64,000 nt of DNA from contig VBLT01000105.1 of NCBI GenBank assembly GCA_005878615.1, positions 3,414-67,413 on the forward strand. Reading direction: 5' to 3'. The notes beneath the pieces were generated by a model that was not told where the DNA came from, made no database searches, and saw only the letters and a list, made by a program, of their open reading frames with translations. Shown one piece after another: positions 37,742 to 47,769 of this stretch. Numbering within the stretch: position 1 is the stretch's first letter; each line of letters begins with the position of its first letter. The DNA comes from Methanobacteriota archaeon (GTDB taxonomy: Archaea > Thermoplasmatota > Thermoplasmata > RBG-16-68-12). The position numbers and the translations under genes were made by a program.

Positions 37742-39006
37742 CGGATCGCCGCGACGATGGGATGCGCACCTGTCTGATGTATGCCCAGGACAGCAAAGGC
37801 ATGGGACACATCGTCCGGAGTGTGACGATCGCCCGCCACATCCTGGCCGCCTTTCCGAAGACCGTCGCGTACTTGGCGACGGAGTCACCGATCGCGGGCG
37901 ACTTCCCGTTGCCGGATCGATGCGACTACGTCAAGCTCCCGATGCGCCTCTCCCTCAACGGCGGCTTCGCGCCCGATCCGGAGGAACTCGAGGCCCGCGA
38001 CCGCTTTCGGGGCGTCCGATCGCGCATCCTGCAGGAGGTGGCCCTGGGCCTGTCGCCCGATCTCGTCCTCGTCGACCACGAGCCTCTCGGGCGAAAGGGA
38101 GAGTTCCGCGACGGCCTCTTCGCGCTGAAGGAGCAGTCCCCGGAGACGAAGTTCGTCTTCGGACTGCGCGACATCATGGACGGCGTCGAGCGAACGCGGA
38201 CGATGTGGGAGCAACTCGGGGTCTACGATGCCCTCGAAAACCTGTACGATGGGATCGCGGTGTACGGGTCCCGCGATCTGTTCGACGTCGCGAAGGCCTA
38301 TGCGATCCCGCCGTCCGTGCGTCCAAAGCTCCACTACTGCGGCTTCGTGATCCGCGAACCGCCGAGGGGCGACCCCACCGCGATCCGACGGGAGCACCGC
38401 CTCCCCGCGGAAGGGCCTCTGGTCGTCGCGACGGTGGGGGGAGGAAGCGACGGGTTCCCGGTGCTCGATGCCACACTCGACGCGGTCGCGAAACTGCAGA
38501 AGGAGCGACCGAATCTCAACGCGATCCTGGTAACCGGACCGTTGATGCCCTCGGGCTTTCAGGATCGCTTGAGGGCGAGGGCACCGCGGAGGTGCCGGGT
38601 CATCTCGCGCGCGGACAACTTTCAACTCATGGCAGCGGCCGACGCGATCGTCAGCATGGGGGGCTACAACAGCGTCTGCGAGGCCCTATCTCTCGGTCGA
38701 CCCCTCGTGATCGTACCGCGGGCCACGCACAAGATCGAGCAGCAGATTCGAGCGGAGACGCTCGCGGCGCGCGGGCTCGCCCAATGGGTCCACCCGAAGG
38801 AACTGGACGGGGCACGTCTCGCCGAGGCCCTCCGGTGGGCCTTGGCCCGCGATCCGGACGCTCACGGGCGGCTCGTCCGTTCGTTGATTCCATCGTTCGA
38901 CGGGGCGGCCCGTCTCACGGAGTATCTCGCCCGGTGGCTTCGGCCTCTCGAAGACCGGGAACGTACGCCGCTCGAGATCCCGCCGCTCGCGGAGGGTTCC
39001 GCATGA
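37738..39006 (+). CDS. GT-B fold glycosyltransferase, paralog of the upstream gene
   Basis: GMGHIVR, PDLVLVDH, FGLRDI, VGGGSDG, SMGGYNSVCE, EQQIRA. Confidence 0.85.
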   Translation: MTDRRDDGMRTCLMYAQDSKGMGHIVRSVTIARHILAAFPKTVAYLATESPIAGDFPLPDRCDYVKLPMRLSLNGGFAPDPEELEARDRFRGVRSRILQEVALGLSPDLVLVDHEPLGRKGEFRDGLFALKEQSPETKFVFGLRDIMDGVERTRTMWEQLGVYDALENLYDGIAVYGSRDLFDVAKAYAIPPSVRPKLHYCGFVIREPPRGDPTAIRREHRLPAEGPLVVATVGGGSDGFPVLDATLDAVAKLQKERPNLNAILVTGPLMPSGFQDRLRARAPRRCRVISRADNFQLMAAADAIVSMGGYNSVCEALSLGRPLVIVPRATHKIEQQIRAETLAARGLAQWVHPKELDGARLAEALRWALARDPDAHGRLVRSLIPSFDGAARLTEYLARWLRPLEDRERTPLEIPPLAEGSA

Positions 39007-39983
39007 CCCCGGCCCCGATTGCTCTGGCGCCCGACGAGACTGAGGCGGTCCTCGCGGGAGCCCTCCACGAATTGGAAGGGTACGACGCGAAGCTCGAGAC
39101 CTGGACCTCGGATACGCAGTTCACGGAATACGGCAAGCGGAGGGTCGTGCGCTTCGACCTCCAAGCCGAGGTGGGTGGGATCCCGCAGCATCGACGTTAC
39201 CAGTGGCTGGGGAAATTCTACGATCGAGACGAAGACGCCCGTCGGGTCGCGGCGGTCCTTCAACAGGTCGCGTCCTCGGACGGTGGGAAAAAGGCCGGCG
39301 TGGCCGTCCCGAGCGTCCTCGGATATCACGCGCGGCGGCGCCTCCTGTTGCTGACGTACGAGCCGGGGGAGGCCGTCACGTACGCGCTGGCCAGGGACCG
39401 CGAGGCGATCCTGACCGCGATCGGACGCACCTTGGCGACGCTGCATGGGCTGCCGATCGCCCCGAACCGAATCCACTCTCCGAACTTGGTCCTCGAAGAC
39501 CTTCGGCCGAGGGTGGGGGACCTTTGCCGGCGGTTCCCGACCGAGGCGAAGTCGTTACGGAGCGCTTTGCGGGCCCTCGAGCGCGATGCGGCCTCGGTCG
39601 CGTCCCCGACGTTCGTGCACGGCGACTTCGGCCCGGCGAATCTCCTATGGAGGGACGGACGCATCGTCGTCTTGGATTTCGACAAGTGCGCTCGAGGAGA
39701 TCCCGCCTTCGACCTTGGAAACCTGTTCGCGCAATTGTTTCGGATGTCGATCAAGAAACCGAAGAATATCCCCGACCTCGCGATCGCCTTGACCACGGTC
39801 CTCGATGCCTACCGACGTTCGTCCCGACCAGACCCTGAGTTGGAAGCCCGGGTCGCCTGGTACGAGCGGGCGACGCTCCTCCGTAAGATTCACGGCCTCA
39901 TCTTCAGCAAAAACCGATCGCAAGAGCCGGAGGCGGTCCAACAACGGCACACGGAAGCCGTCCAACTGTTGAGGTTGGCATAG
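39003..39983 (+). CDS. APH/choline-kinase-like phosphotransferase
   Basis: GKFY, LATLH, HGDFGPANLL, VLDFD, GDPAFDLG; ATGA overlap. Confidence 0.85.
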   Translation: MTPAPIALAPDETEAVLAGALHELEGYDAKLETWTSDTQFTEYGKRRVVRFDLQAEVGGIPQHRRYQWLGKFYDRDEDARRVAAVLQQVASSDGGKKAGVAVPSVLGYHARRRLLLLTYEPGEAVTYALARDREAILTAIGRTLATLHGLPIAPNRIHSPNLVLEDLRPRVGDLCRRFPTEAKSLRSALRALERDAASVASPTFVHGDFGPANLLWRDGRIVVLDFDKCARGDPAFDLGNLFAQLFRMSIKKPKNIPDLAIALTTVLDAYRRSSRPDPELEARVAWYERATLLRKIHGLIFSKNRSQEPEAVQQRHTEAVQLLRLA

Positions 39984-39985
39984 TC

Positions 39986-41473
39986 GTGGACGAAAGCGAT
40001 TCGGTTCGGTCCGCAGCGGCCGGGATGGGCCCCCGGTCAACGAGCCCTGGCGCCGATCCCACCCTTTCCAGTCCGCCGCGCATTCGGGCCGACTCGGACG
40101 GCTATCCCATCGACTCCGCGTTCCCGGAATTGCCCGTCGCCACGGATTGCGGTCAGATGCTCGGGGTGTTCCGCGAGCACCTGGAGCCTCTCGCGGGGAA
40201 GGCGATCGAGATCCGTTCCTGCCGGCCGTTCCGCTTCCGATGCCACCAGTCCGACTCCCGGTCCGTGCTCCAGTACACCCTGCACGTCGCGGACCGAGCG
40301 ACCGGACGTGAGTGGGACCAGTGGGTCACCGGGCTCCTGTACGCGGAGAACGCCAAGGCGGAGCAGCTCTGGAAGGAACTCCAAGACGAGGACCCCTCCG
40401 GCGAAATCCCGGAGCGCTGGCGCTCGTTTCGACCGATCGCCTTCGTCCCTGACCTTCGGATGATCGTGGAGGTGTTCCCGTACGATCGAAAACTCCGGAA
40501 CCTGCGGCGCGTCATGGGCATGGAGAGGGGCCTCCTCGAGTCTGTCGCGCGGGAGCGGCTCGGCCCCGGGTCCTGGTATCTCGACTTCCCGACGATCCGG
40601 CCGACGCGATATCGGACCGAGCTGGGGGCCACACTCCGGTACACGGTCCGGGCCCGCGAATTGAAATCAAATCGGCTGGAAACCGTCCGGCTTTATCTCA
40701 AAGTCTATCGGGAGCGAAATCAACGCGGCGCGGAGACGTTCCAAACGCTCCGCGCGATTCGAGACAAGGTGAGGCGCTCGCCGGCCGCCTATGCGGTCGT
40801 GGAGCCGATCGCCTATCTGAAGGACGTCCGGACCCTGATCCTCGCCGAGGCCCCGGGGCAGTCCTTGACGCACTTCCTCCGACGCGTCTCCGATCCGGCC
40901 GACGCCATGCGACGCGTGGCGAGGGCGCTCGCGGAGTTCAACCAAGACGACCTGCCGTTCTCCCGAAGTCTATCGCTGGCCGACCGCCTCAGCCTGGTTC
41001 GCCGATCCTCCGACCTGCTTGAGTGGGCTTGCCCCGAACGGAAGGCGACCGTCCAATCGCTTGCCGAGAAGGTCCTCCGAGAATCGGAGGAGGTGCCCTC
41101 CTCCCCTATCCACGGAGACATGAAGCCCGACCACGTCTTCCTGGACGACGACTCCATCACGTTCATCGATTTCGACTCGATCGTCCTCGGCGATCCGCTC
41201 TACGACCCGTCCCATTTGTTCGCCTACCTTGTCGGCGGAGCTCGTACCGAGTCCTATCGGAAGTCGGTCGAGGGCCGAGCCGCGGAGACGTTCGTCAAGG
41301 AGTATTTCCGGCTCGTGCCGGCCGCCTGGGAGCCCCGCTTCCCGATCGCTGCGGCCGGAGCACTCCTCGAGGTCGGCTGCAGCATCTTCCGAAGGCACGA
41401 GCCCGGCTGGCGCGAGCAGCTCCGTCGGGTCGTCGGATATGGCGAGGAGGTCCTCTCCGAAGGAGGCCTGTGA
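39986..41473 (+). CDS. APH/choline-kinase-like phosphotransferase with N-terminal extension
   Basis: FPYDRKL, YLKVY, HGDMKPDHVF, FIDFD, GDPLYD. Confidence 0.8.
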   Translation: MDESDSVRSAAAGMGPRSTSPGADPTLSSPPRIRADSDGYPIDSAFPELPVATDCGQMLGVFREHLEPLAGKAIEIRSCRPFRFRCHQSDSRSVLQYTLHVADRATGREWDQWVTGLLYAENAKAEQLWKELQDEDPSGEIPERWRSFRPIAFVPDLRMIVEVFPYDRKLRNLRRVMGMERGLLESVARERLGPGSWYLDFPTIRPTRYRTELGATLRYTVRARELKSNRLETVRLYLKVYRERNQRGAETFQTLRAIRDKVRRSPAAYAVVEPIAYLKDVRTLILAEAPGQSLTHFLRRVSDPADAMRRVARALAEFNQDDLPFSRSLSLADRLSLVRRSSDLLEWACPERKATVQSLAEKVLRESEEVPSSPIHGDMKPDHVFLDDDSITFIDFDSIVLGDPLYDPSHLFAYLVGGARTESYRKSVEGRAAETFVKEYFRLVPAAWEPRFPIAAAGALLEVGCSIFRRHEPGWREQLRRVVGYGEEVLSEGGL

Positions 41474-41476
41474 TCG

Positions 41477-42616
41477 ATGGAGCCGAACTTCGAGCTTCCG
41501 GACGATATCTCCCCCACCGGGCCATGGCGATCCGCCCCGCCGATGACGGACGATCCCGCGCTGCCCGCGTTGGAGATCCTCCGGGACACGGGTCTCGCGG
41601 ACGCCTTCCCGGAGCTGCGTCTCGGGGACATACCACCGGACCTCCGTCTCTGCAACTATGTCCCGGGGTCCCGTGCGACGTTTGAAATTCGGGCGGGGGA
41701 CCGCCGGTTCGCGGTCAAGATGTACGTGGACGATCCGAGCTCTGAAGTTCAGTTGTATCGGAAGTTGGCCCGCCTCGGGCTCTCGAAAGATTTCGGGGCT
41801 CGGGCGCCGCGCCTGCTGGCATGGGATCCCGAGCTCAAGATGATCGTCACCAGCTGGCTCGACGGGCCCACGGTGGCCCACTTGGTCAAGGAAGGGCACG
41901 GGGCCCGCGGGGGGACGCTCGCGGCCCAGTGGCTCTGGCATGCGACGAGGCGCCGGGTCAGGTTGGGTCCTCCCCGAGGGCGAACCCACGCGCTCTATCA
42001 GGCGGGCCTCGCCGCTGGCGCCCTGAGCGCAGTCGATTCGAATCTCGGCGCCGCCGCCAAAGCGGTGGCCAAAGTCCTCGTCCAGACAAAGATCCGGGAG
42101 CAATCGCCGAACTTGGTCCACGGCACGCTGTATGCTCGTCACATCTTCGACCTCGGCGACGGTCCTGGGGTCATTGATTGGCAGCAATTCGGGCAGGGCC
42201 CCGTCGAAGTCGATGCGGGGATGTTCCTCGCCACGATTTCTCGAATCGGTCTGCGCCAAGAATCCGTGGCTCGGGAGGCGACGCGGGCGAAGGAGGTGTT
42301 CCTCGAAAAGACCGAACACCTGTTGGACCTGCACGCCTTGTCCTGGTATTGGGCGGCGGGCCTCCTCCATCGGGCCGCGAGCGGCTTGAGGACCGGGAGG
42401 AAAGAGAAGCCGTCTGCGGATGCGGAGGCGCTCGTCGAAGAAGCGGCGGCACACGCCCGGGCGGCGGAAAGGGATCGTTCGGGCGACGCGAAGGAGCCAC
42501 GAGCCTCCCTCGTGCGAATCCGTTCCCTGTTCCACCGGACGGTCGCGCTAGACCCGGCAAACCCAGGGGACGTCGTGTCACCCGCGCCCGAAAGCAGCGG
42601 GGATCGGAGGGACTAA
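41477..42616 (+). CDS. APH-like protein, probable pseudokinase
   Basis: DPALPAL, AVKMY, HGTLYARHIF (catalytic Asp replaced by Thr), VIDWQ, GPVEVDAG. Confidence 0.75.
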   Translation: MEPNFELPDDISPTGPWRSAPPMTDDPALPALEILRDTGLADAFPELRLGDIPPDLRLCNYVPGSRATFEIRAGDRRFAVKMYVDDPSSEVQLYRKLARLGLSKDFGARAPRLLAWDPELKMIVTSWLDGPTVAHLVKEGHGARGGTLAAQWLWHATRRRVRLGPPRGRTHALYQAGLAAGALSAVDSNLGAAAKAVAKVLVQTKIREQSPNLVHGTLYARHIFDLGDGPGVIDWQQFGQGPVEVDAGMFLATISRIGLRQESVAREATRAKEVFLEKTEHLLDLHALSWYWAAGLLHRAASGLRTGRKEKPSADAEALVEEAAAHARAAERDRSGDAKEPRASLVRIRSLFHRTVALDPANPGDVVSPAPESSGDRRD

Positions 42617-44680
42617 GTGGAGCCGACGGTGGCGAAGTTCGAGGGCGCGGCCGAGCCCGCGGTCGCCGTCGGACGCAGCGCGACGAAGGTCAAGCGCATC
42701 CTCCAGTCCGCCGGGCTCGGATTGGTCGTGCAGCACTGGATTGCCCTCGAGACCCGGGCGATCCCCTCCCTGTTCATCCTCATTGCCCAAGCATTTCCCT
42801 CCTTGGCGTTCCTGGTTTCGTTCCTTTCCGATCGGATCCGCTTCTATTGGCTGCTCATCGTCTTCCTCGTCGTGTATCTTCTTTGGAGGACCCGGAAGCA
42901 TCAGTTGGAGCCGAAGCAGAAGGCCACCCTTCGCCGGATCCTGTCCTACCTGAAACCGCACTGGCCGTACGTGGCAGCGCTCTCGACCGCCATCGTCGCC
43001 GCCGCGGCCCTCGACTTGGCCCAGCCGTGGATCATCGCGATTCTCCTGGTCGGCGAGGTGCTCCTGAAATCCAATCTAGGGTTCCTGCCGCTCGTCGTCG
43101 GCCTGCTCGTGGGCACTTTCGTCGTCAAGGAGATCGCCTCGTTCTTCAAGGACTACCTGTCGGAGGTCCTCAGCCAGAAGACGGTTCATCGACTCCGAAC
43201 CGACCTGTACCAGACCGTCGAGCTCCTCCCGGTGACCTACCTCGATTCGTCCCGGACGGGGGAGATGATCTCCCGGGTCGTCAGCGACACGAACGAGGTC
43301 GAGAAGGTCCTGAGCGACGACATGGCGAACTTGATCTCGAACGCGGTCACCGTGTCGGGGGCGATCGTCCTCCTATTCGTCGTCGACTTCAACCTCGCCC
43401 TTTTCGTGGCGCCGTTCGCGGCCGTCATGGTCATCGTCGTGAACTTGTTCAAGAAGCGAATCAAGCAGGCCTCCCGGAGGATCCGCGAGGCGGTCGCGGA
43501 ATTGACGGCCAAGGCGTTCGAGGTCGTCTCCGGCCTGCGGATTGTGAAGAGTTTCGTGATGGAGCACCACGAGGCGAACGCCTTCCGCGAACGTTCCTTC
43601 GCCATCTCCAAGGCTCGGGTGCGCCTCGCTCGTCTGGCGGGCGCCTACGGTTCGACGGTGGACTTCCTCACCCTCTGCGCCCTCGTGGCCGTCGTCTGGG
43701 TCGGCGCGCCCGCCGTCGTCTCCCGCGGGCTGAGTTTGGCGGCGTTCATCGCCTTCCTGAGCTACATGGACAAGATGTTCAAACCGCTCGTCCTGCTGAG
43801 CAAGGTCAATCTCACCTTCCAAAAGGTGAGCGCGGCGGGCGACAGGATATTCGAACTGATGGACTCGGAGGTCGAGGTCCTGGAAACGCCGGACGCCTTG
43901 GTCCCGACGACCACGGAGGGCCGGATCGAGTTCGATCACGTGACGTTCGGGTACCGCCCGAATCACAACGTCCTCGAGGACTTCTCCCTCGTCATCGAGC
44001 CGGGCGAGACGGTCGCGGTCGTCGGGTCGAGCGGCACCGGGAAATCGACCGTCGTCAACCTCCTCCTCCGGTTCTACCAGCCGGCCTCCGGTCGAATCCT
44101 GATCGACGACTATCCGGTGGACCGGCTGAATCTGAAAAGCCTCCGCGGCATGATCGGTCTCGTGCTCCAGGAGCCGGTCCTGTTCTCCGGCACGATCCGG
44201 GAGAATATCCTCTATGGGGATCCGGAGGCCTCGGACGAGGACGTCGTGCGGGCCGCTCGACTCGCGAATGCGCACGACTTCATCGCGGGTTTGCCCAAAA
44301 GTTACGAGACCGAAATCGGCGAGCGCGGCGTAACCCTGTCCGTGGGGCAGCGGCAGCGGATTGCGATCGCCCGCGCGCTCCTCAAGGACCCGAAGATTCT
44401 GATCCTTGACGAGGCGACCTCGAACATCGACTCCGAGTCCGAGTCCCTGATCCAGGACGCCCTACGACGATTGACGGGGCAGAGGACGATGATCGTGATC
44501 GGTCACCGCCTCTCCTCGATCATGGATGCGGACCGGATTGTCGTCCTCGAGGATGGGGGCATCGCCGAGGTGGGAACCCACGAGGACCTGCTCGGCAAGA
44601 GGGGCGTGTACAGTCGCCTGTATGAAGCCCAGATCGCGCGTGGGACGTCCGACGGGGAGACTCGCGACGAGTTGCTCTAA
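42617..44680 (+). CDS. ABC exporter, fused permease/ATPase (MsbA/MdlB type)
   Basis: GSSGTGKST, LSVGQRQRIAIARA, ILDEATS, GHRLSS; N-terminal TM domain. Confidence 0.95.
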   Translation: MEPTVAKFEGAAEPAVAVGRSATKVKRILQSAGLGLVVQHWIALETRAIPSLFILIAQAFPSLAFLVSFLSDRIRFYWLLIVFLVVYLLWRTRKHQLEPKQKATLRRILSYLKPHWPYVAALSTAIVAAAALDLAQPWIIAILLVGEVLLKSNLGFLPLVVGLLVGTFVVKEIASFFKDYLSEVLSQKTVHRLRTDLYQTVELLPVTYLDSSRTGEMISRVVSDTNEVEKVLSDDMANLISNAVTVSGAIVLLFVVDFNLALFVAPFAAVMVIVVNLFKKRIKQASRRIREAVAELTAKAFEVVSGLRIVKSFVMEHHEANAFRERSFAISKARVRLARLAGAYGSTVDFLTLCALVAVVWVGAPAVVSRGLSLAAFIAFLSYMDKMFKPLVLLSKVNLTFQKVSAAGDRIFELMDSEVEVLETPDALVPTTTEGRIEFDHVTFGYRPNHNVLEDFSLVIEPGETVAVVGSSGTGKSTVVNLLLRFYQPASGRILIDDYPVDRLNLKSLRGMIGLVLQEPVLFSGTIRENILYGDPEASDEDVVRAARLANAHDFIAGLPKSYETEIGERGVTLSVGQRQRIAIARALLKDPKILILDEATSNIDSESESLIQDALRRLTGQRTMIVIGHRLSSIMDADRIVVLEDGGIAEVGTHEDLLGKRGVYSRLYEAQIARGTSDGETRDELL

Positions 44681-44864
44681 CCGCAGGACTGAACAACCGT
44701 GTCCCAGGGGAGAGACAATTTCGTACACCGATTCGCGCGAATTCGACAGCCGTCAAAACACAACGGTGACACATGTGGCCCCAGTTGTGGCCAAACCGAT
44801 TGCACCTGACAGCGCCCCGGCGACGAGGCCTTGATACGCCCCAGTCCGTACGGTTCGGGAATCC

Positions 44865-46532
44865 GTGCGGGGGAAGGCGGTGACAACGCCCGGAGGCGGA
44901 GAACCAGGATCGCCTTGGAAGAGGCAGACGCCACTCCGGCCGCGAGCCCGATGGCGCGGACGGGTCGATCGTCCGCTCCACCCTCCGATGATGAAGACCC
45001 GCGTCGGCTACGGTCCCCAGCAAGCCGCCCGGAGCCGGCGTCACCGTCACCCTCTCGATCCGGAAGGCGAGTTGCTCGAGGAGCTCCGGAAAACGATGGA
45101 GCGCATGAGGGCCCTCGAGAAGCTTAAGCCCGGCATCGATCGAGTGGCCCGGTCGCGGCGAACCCCAAACATAGACGAGACAGGGCCTAAGCGGCCTCCG
45201 CGAAGGGCCCCCCGGGCGCGCCCGTTCCCCGGGAGGAAAGCGACGGCGCTCGTCGTCGTCACTCTCTTCGTCGCAACGGCCGTCGCCCTCGTGCTGTACA
45301 ATTCCCCAACGGAGACCCCGATCCAAGTCAATCCGCCTCGGTGGAAAGACGAGACCGCGACCCACTTTACCTTCGCGGCGGCCGGCGATTTCGGGGGACC
45401 CGAGAGCGTCGATTCGATTGCCCTCATGCAGCGCGCTCGGACGGCCGGCATGTCCTTCGTCCTCGCCCTCGGAGACCTGGGGTACACGACGGACGAGGCG
45501 GGATGGTGCCATCAGCTGAGGCGTTACGTGCCGGAACTCGTCATCATCGCGGGGAACCACGACGACGGAGAGGGCGACGGAGGCAACCTTTCCCACTACA
45601 TCGCGAACTGCCCCTATCCTTGGTCCTCCGGGCCCGTCGCGGGAAATGGGACGCCGGGCTACGGATACGAGTACTATTTCGATTACCCCGCGGCCAAACC
45701 ACTGGCGCGGTTCATCATGCTAGCGGCGGGCCTCGAAGGCGCGATCAATTACAACTACGGCGAGGACTCGCCCCACACCGAGTGGTTCGAAGGGGCGGTC
45801 CAGGACGCGCGGCAGCACGGTATTCCCTGGGTGATCGTCGGGGCGCACCGACAGTGCGTCACGGTCGGCAAGAAGGACCGCTGCTCGATGGGCCAAACGA
45901 TTTTCGATGAGATCGTGGAGGCGAAGGTGGACTTGGTCCTGACGGGACACGATCACGTGTATGAACGGAGCAATCTGCTCGCTCGATCGGCCCGATGTCG
46001 GTCGGTGAACACCACGGACAATGTCGACCTGTCCTGCGTCGTCGGGAACGGGCGGCATGGGCGGTATCCTGCGGGCAATGGGACCGTCGTTGTCGTACAA
46101 GGCGTCGGCGGGAACGAGATCGACAATGTCACGATTGACGGAAGCGATCCCGAGATCGGTTACATCGCCGAGGCGATGGGCGGAAATGCGAACACGAGAT
46201 CGGGGGCGCCCGGGTTTGGATCGGTCTTCTACACCGTTGACGCCCGGTCGATCCGGGCCGTAACCAACTTCTGCCCACCCGGAGAGGTCGGGGCGGATGG
46301 ACAATGCACCGTCAACCCGACGACCGTCTTCTCGGACCAATTTTCCATTGCGAATTCGACCAACCCGCCGGCCCCGACGGACCTCTCCTCGTCGGCCATG
46401 CCCGAGTTCGGCGGGGCATTCGTGGCTCCTCACATGACCGAAGCCGCCATGCTAGTCGTCGCCGTGGAAATTCCCGTCCTCCTACTCTCTTGGCTTGGAG
46501 CCCGAGGTTCCCGCGGGAGCCGGCCTCGTTAG
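44865..46532 (+). CDS. Membrane-anchored extracellular metallophosphoesterase (purple acid phosphatase-like); start uncertain, possibly 45096
   Basis: AGDFG, LGDLGY, AGNHD, GAH, GHDHVYER; N- and C-terminal hydrophobic helices. Confidence 0.8.
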   Translation: MRGKAVTTPGGGEPGSPWKRQTPLRPRARWRGRVDRPLHPPMMKTRVGYGPQQAARSRRHRHPLDPEGELLEELRKTMERMRALEKLKPGIDRVARSRRTPNIDETGPKRPPRRAPRARPFPGRKATALVVVTLFVATAVALVLYNSPTETPIQVNPPRWKDETATHFTFAAAGDFGGPESVDSIALMQRARTAGMSFVLALGDLGYTTDEAGWCHQLRRYVPELVIIAGNHDDGEGDGGNLSHYIANCPYPWSSGPVAGNGTPGYGYEYYFDYPAAKPLARFIMLAAGLEGAINYNYGEDSPHTEWFEGAVQDARQHGIPWVIVGAHRQCVTVGKKDRCSMGQTIFDEIVEAKVDLVLTGHDHVYERSNLLARSARCRSVNTTDNVDLSCVVGNGRHGRYPAGNGTVVVVQGVGGNEIDNVTIDGSDPEIGYIAEAMGGNANTRSGAPGFGSVFYTVDARSIRAVTNFCPPGEVGADGQCTVNPTTVFSDQFSIANSTNPPAPTDLSSSAMPEFGGAFVAPHMTEAAMLVVAVEIPVLLLSWLGARGSRGSRPR

Positions 46533-46611
46533 TCGCTTCGATGGAGGGTCGCCTGAATCCTTCCCCCGGGAAGGGGAAAGGTTTTCGGCCGATTCGTCGA
46601 ATACCCAGCCC

Positions 46612-46896
46612 GTGGAATTGCAATCCCTCGTGGACCGGGACATCTCCCTCACGGACCAAGCGCTCGGGAAAGCGACGATCGCCGTCCCCGCCCGGTCGCA
46701 TCTGCGAAAGGTCGCCGAAGACTTCCTGACGATGGCCCGCGCATACGCGTCGGATGCGAAGCACTTCCGGCAGACCGGGGAGCTGGAGAAGGCCCTCGCG
46801 AACATCAACTACGCCCACGGCTGGCTTGACGCCGGCGCCCGGCTCGGCCTTTTCGACGTGGGCGGCGACGACCGCCTCTTTACCTTGAGCGAGTGA
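46612..46896 (+). CDS. DUF357 family protein
   Basis: AEDFLTMARAYASDAKHF...NYAHGWLDAGARLGLFDV. Confidence 0.88.
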   Translation: MELQSLVDRDISLTDQALGKATIAVPARSHLRKVAEDFLTMARAYASDAKHFRQTGELEKALANINYAHGWLDAGARLGLFDVGGDDRLFTLSE

Positions 46897-47769
46897 CTAG
46901 AGCACTCGCGCACCCTCGTTATCGACCTCGCACCGCTGCAGCGTCCCGAACTTTCGGTACAGCGTCGCGAGCTGCTCCGTGTTCCCCGTGGCGAAGACGG
47001 AGTTGCCGAGCATGGCCATCGTCGCGCGCCCGAACATCCGGGAAGCTTGAATGACCTCGAGGACCGTCCGGTTCGCAAGGCCCGTTTCCTGAGCAAATCG
47101 AATTCCTAAATCGAACAGCCGCTCGAGCGTCGGCGCTTGTGCGAATTCGTCGACGAAGCCCCCACCCACGCGATTGATGGCGGCGATTTTCCCGGGATCT
47201 CGTAGGACTCCTCGCGTCGGCATTTCTGGACCGAGCACCGCAAGGAGGAGATCGGCCTTCACCGGAAAGGTCCGGACTTCTCCGTGGCCCGGCGCTCCCG
47301 GTTTCCAGCGAAGATCCATTCCACCAATCGAAGCCGGGACGACGTCCCCGAGACCCGTCCCACACTCGACCTCGGTCTCGTGCGCGAGGGCGACGAGTTC
47401 CTGGCGGGACACTCCCAAGCCGAGGGCGTCGTTCATCGCGAGCGCGGTGCTGAGGGCCGCCGCCGCGCTTACTCCGAACCCCTGGGATACGGGAAGCGGC
47501 GTCTCGCTCAAGATCTTGATTTCCATGGAGCGGGAACCGACCATTTTTTCGACGACGCGCCGGGTCACCTCGGCCGGCCGATGTCGCTCGTTCACGAGGA
47601 TATCAATCGCCGGCCGCGAGGCGTCTCGCGCCCTCGCGACCGTCTGGACTCCAAGGCTCAACGAGAGGCCGGCGCCGCGGGAACCCTTTACTCGTGGGTT
47701 CGGATTCTCAACGACCTCAAAGAAGGCCGTGACATGTCCAGGGCAAAAAGCCTCACCCTCGGACACCAT
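46897..47769 (-). CDS. Pantoate kinase (GHMP family)
   Basis: AFCPGHVTAFF, GSRGAG, PVSQGFGVSAA, AHETEV..GTGLGDV, MAMLGNSVF; coupled to coaBC. Confidence 0.9.
   Translation of the reverse strand: MVSEGEAFCPGHVTAFFEVVENPNPRVKGSRGAGLSLSLGVQTVARARDASRPAIDILVNERHRPAEVTRRVVEKMVGSRSMEIKILSETPLPVSQGFGVSAAAALSTALAMNDALGLGVSRQELVALAHETEVECGTGLGDVVPASIGGMDLRWKPGAPGHGEVRTFPVKADLLLAVLGPEMPTRGVLRDPGKIAAINRVGGGFVDEFAQAPTLERLFDLGIRFAQETGLANRTVLEVIQASRMFGRATMAMLGNSVFATGNTEQLATLYRKFGTLQRCEVDNEGARVL

Noticed and set aside
44731-44742. Palindrome ATTCGCGCGAAT after the ABC exporter
   Set aside because: Single occurrence with no second copy seen; insufficient support for an operator call
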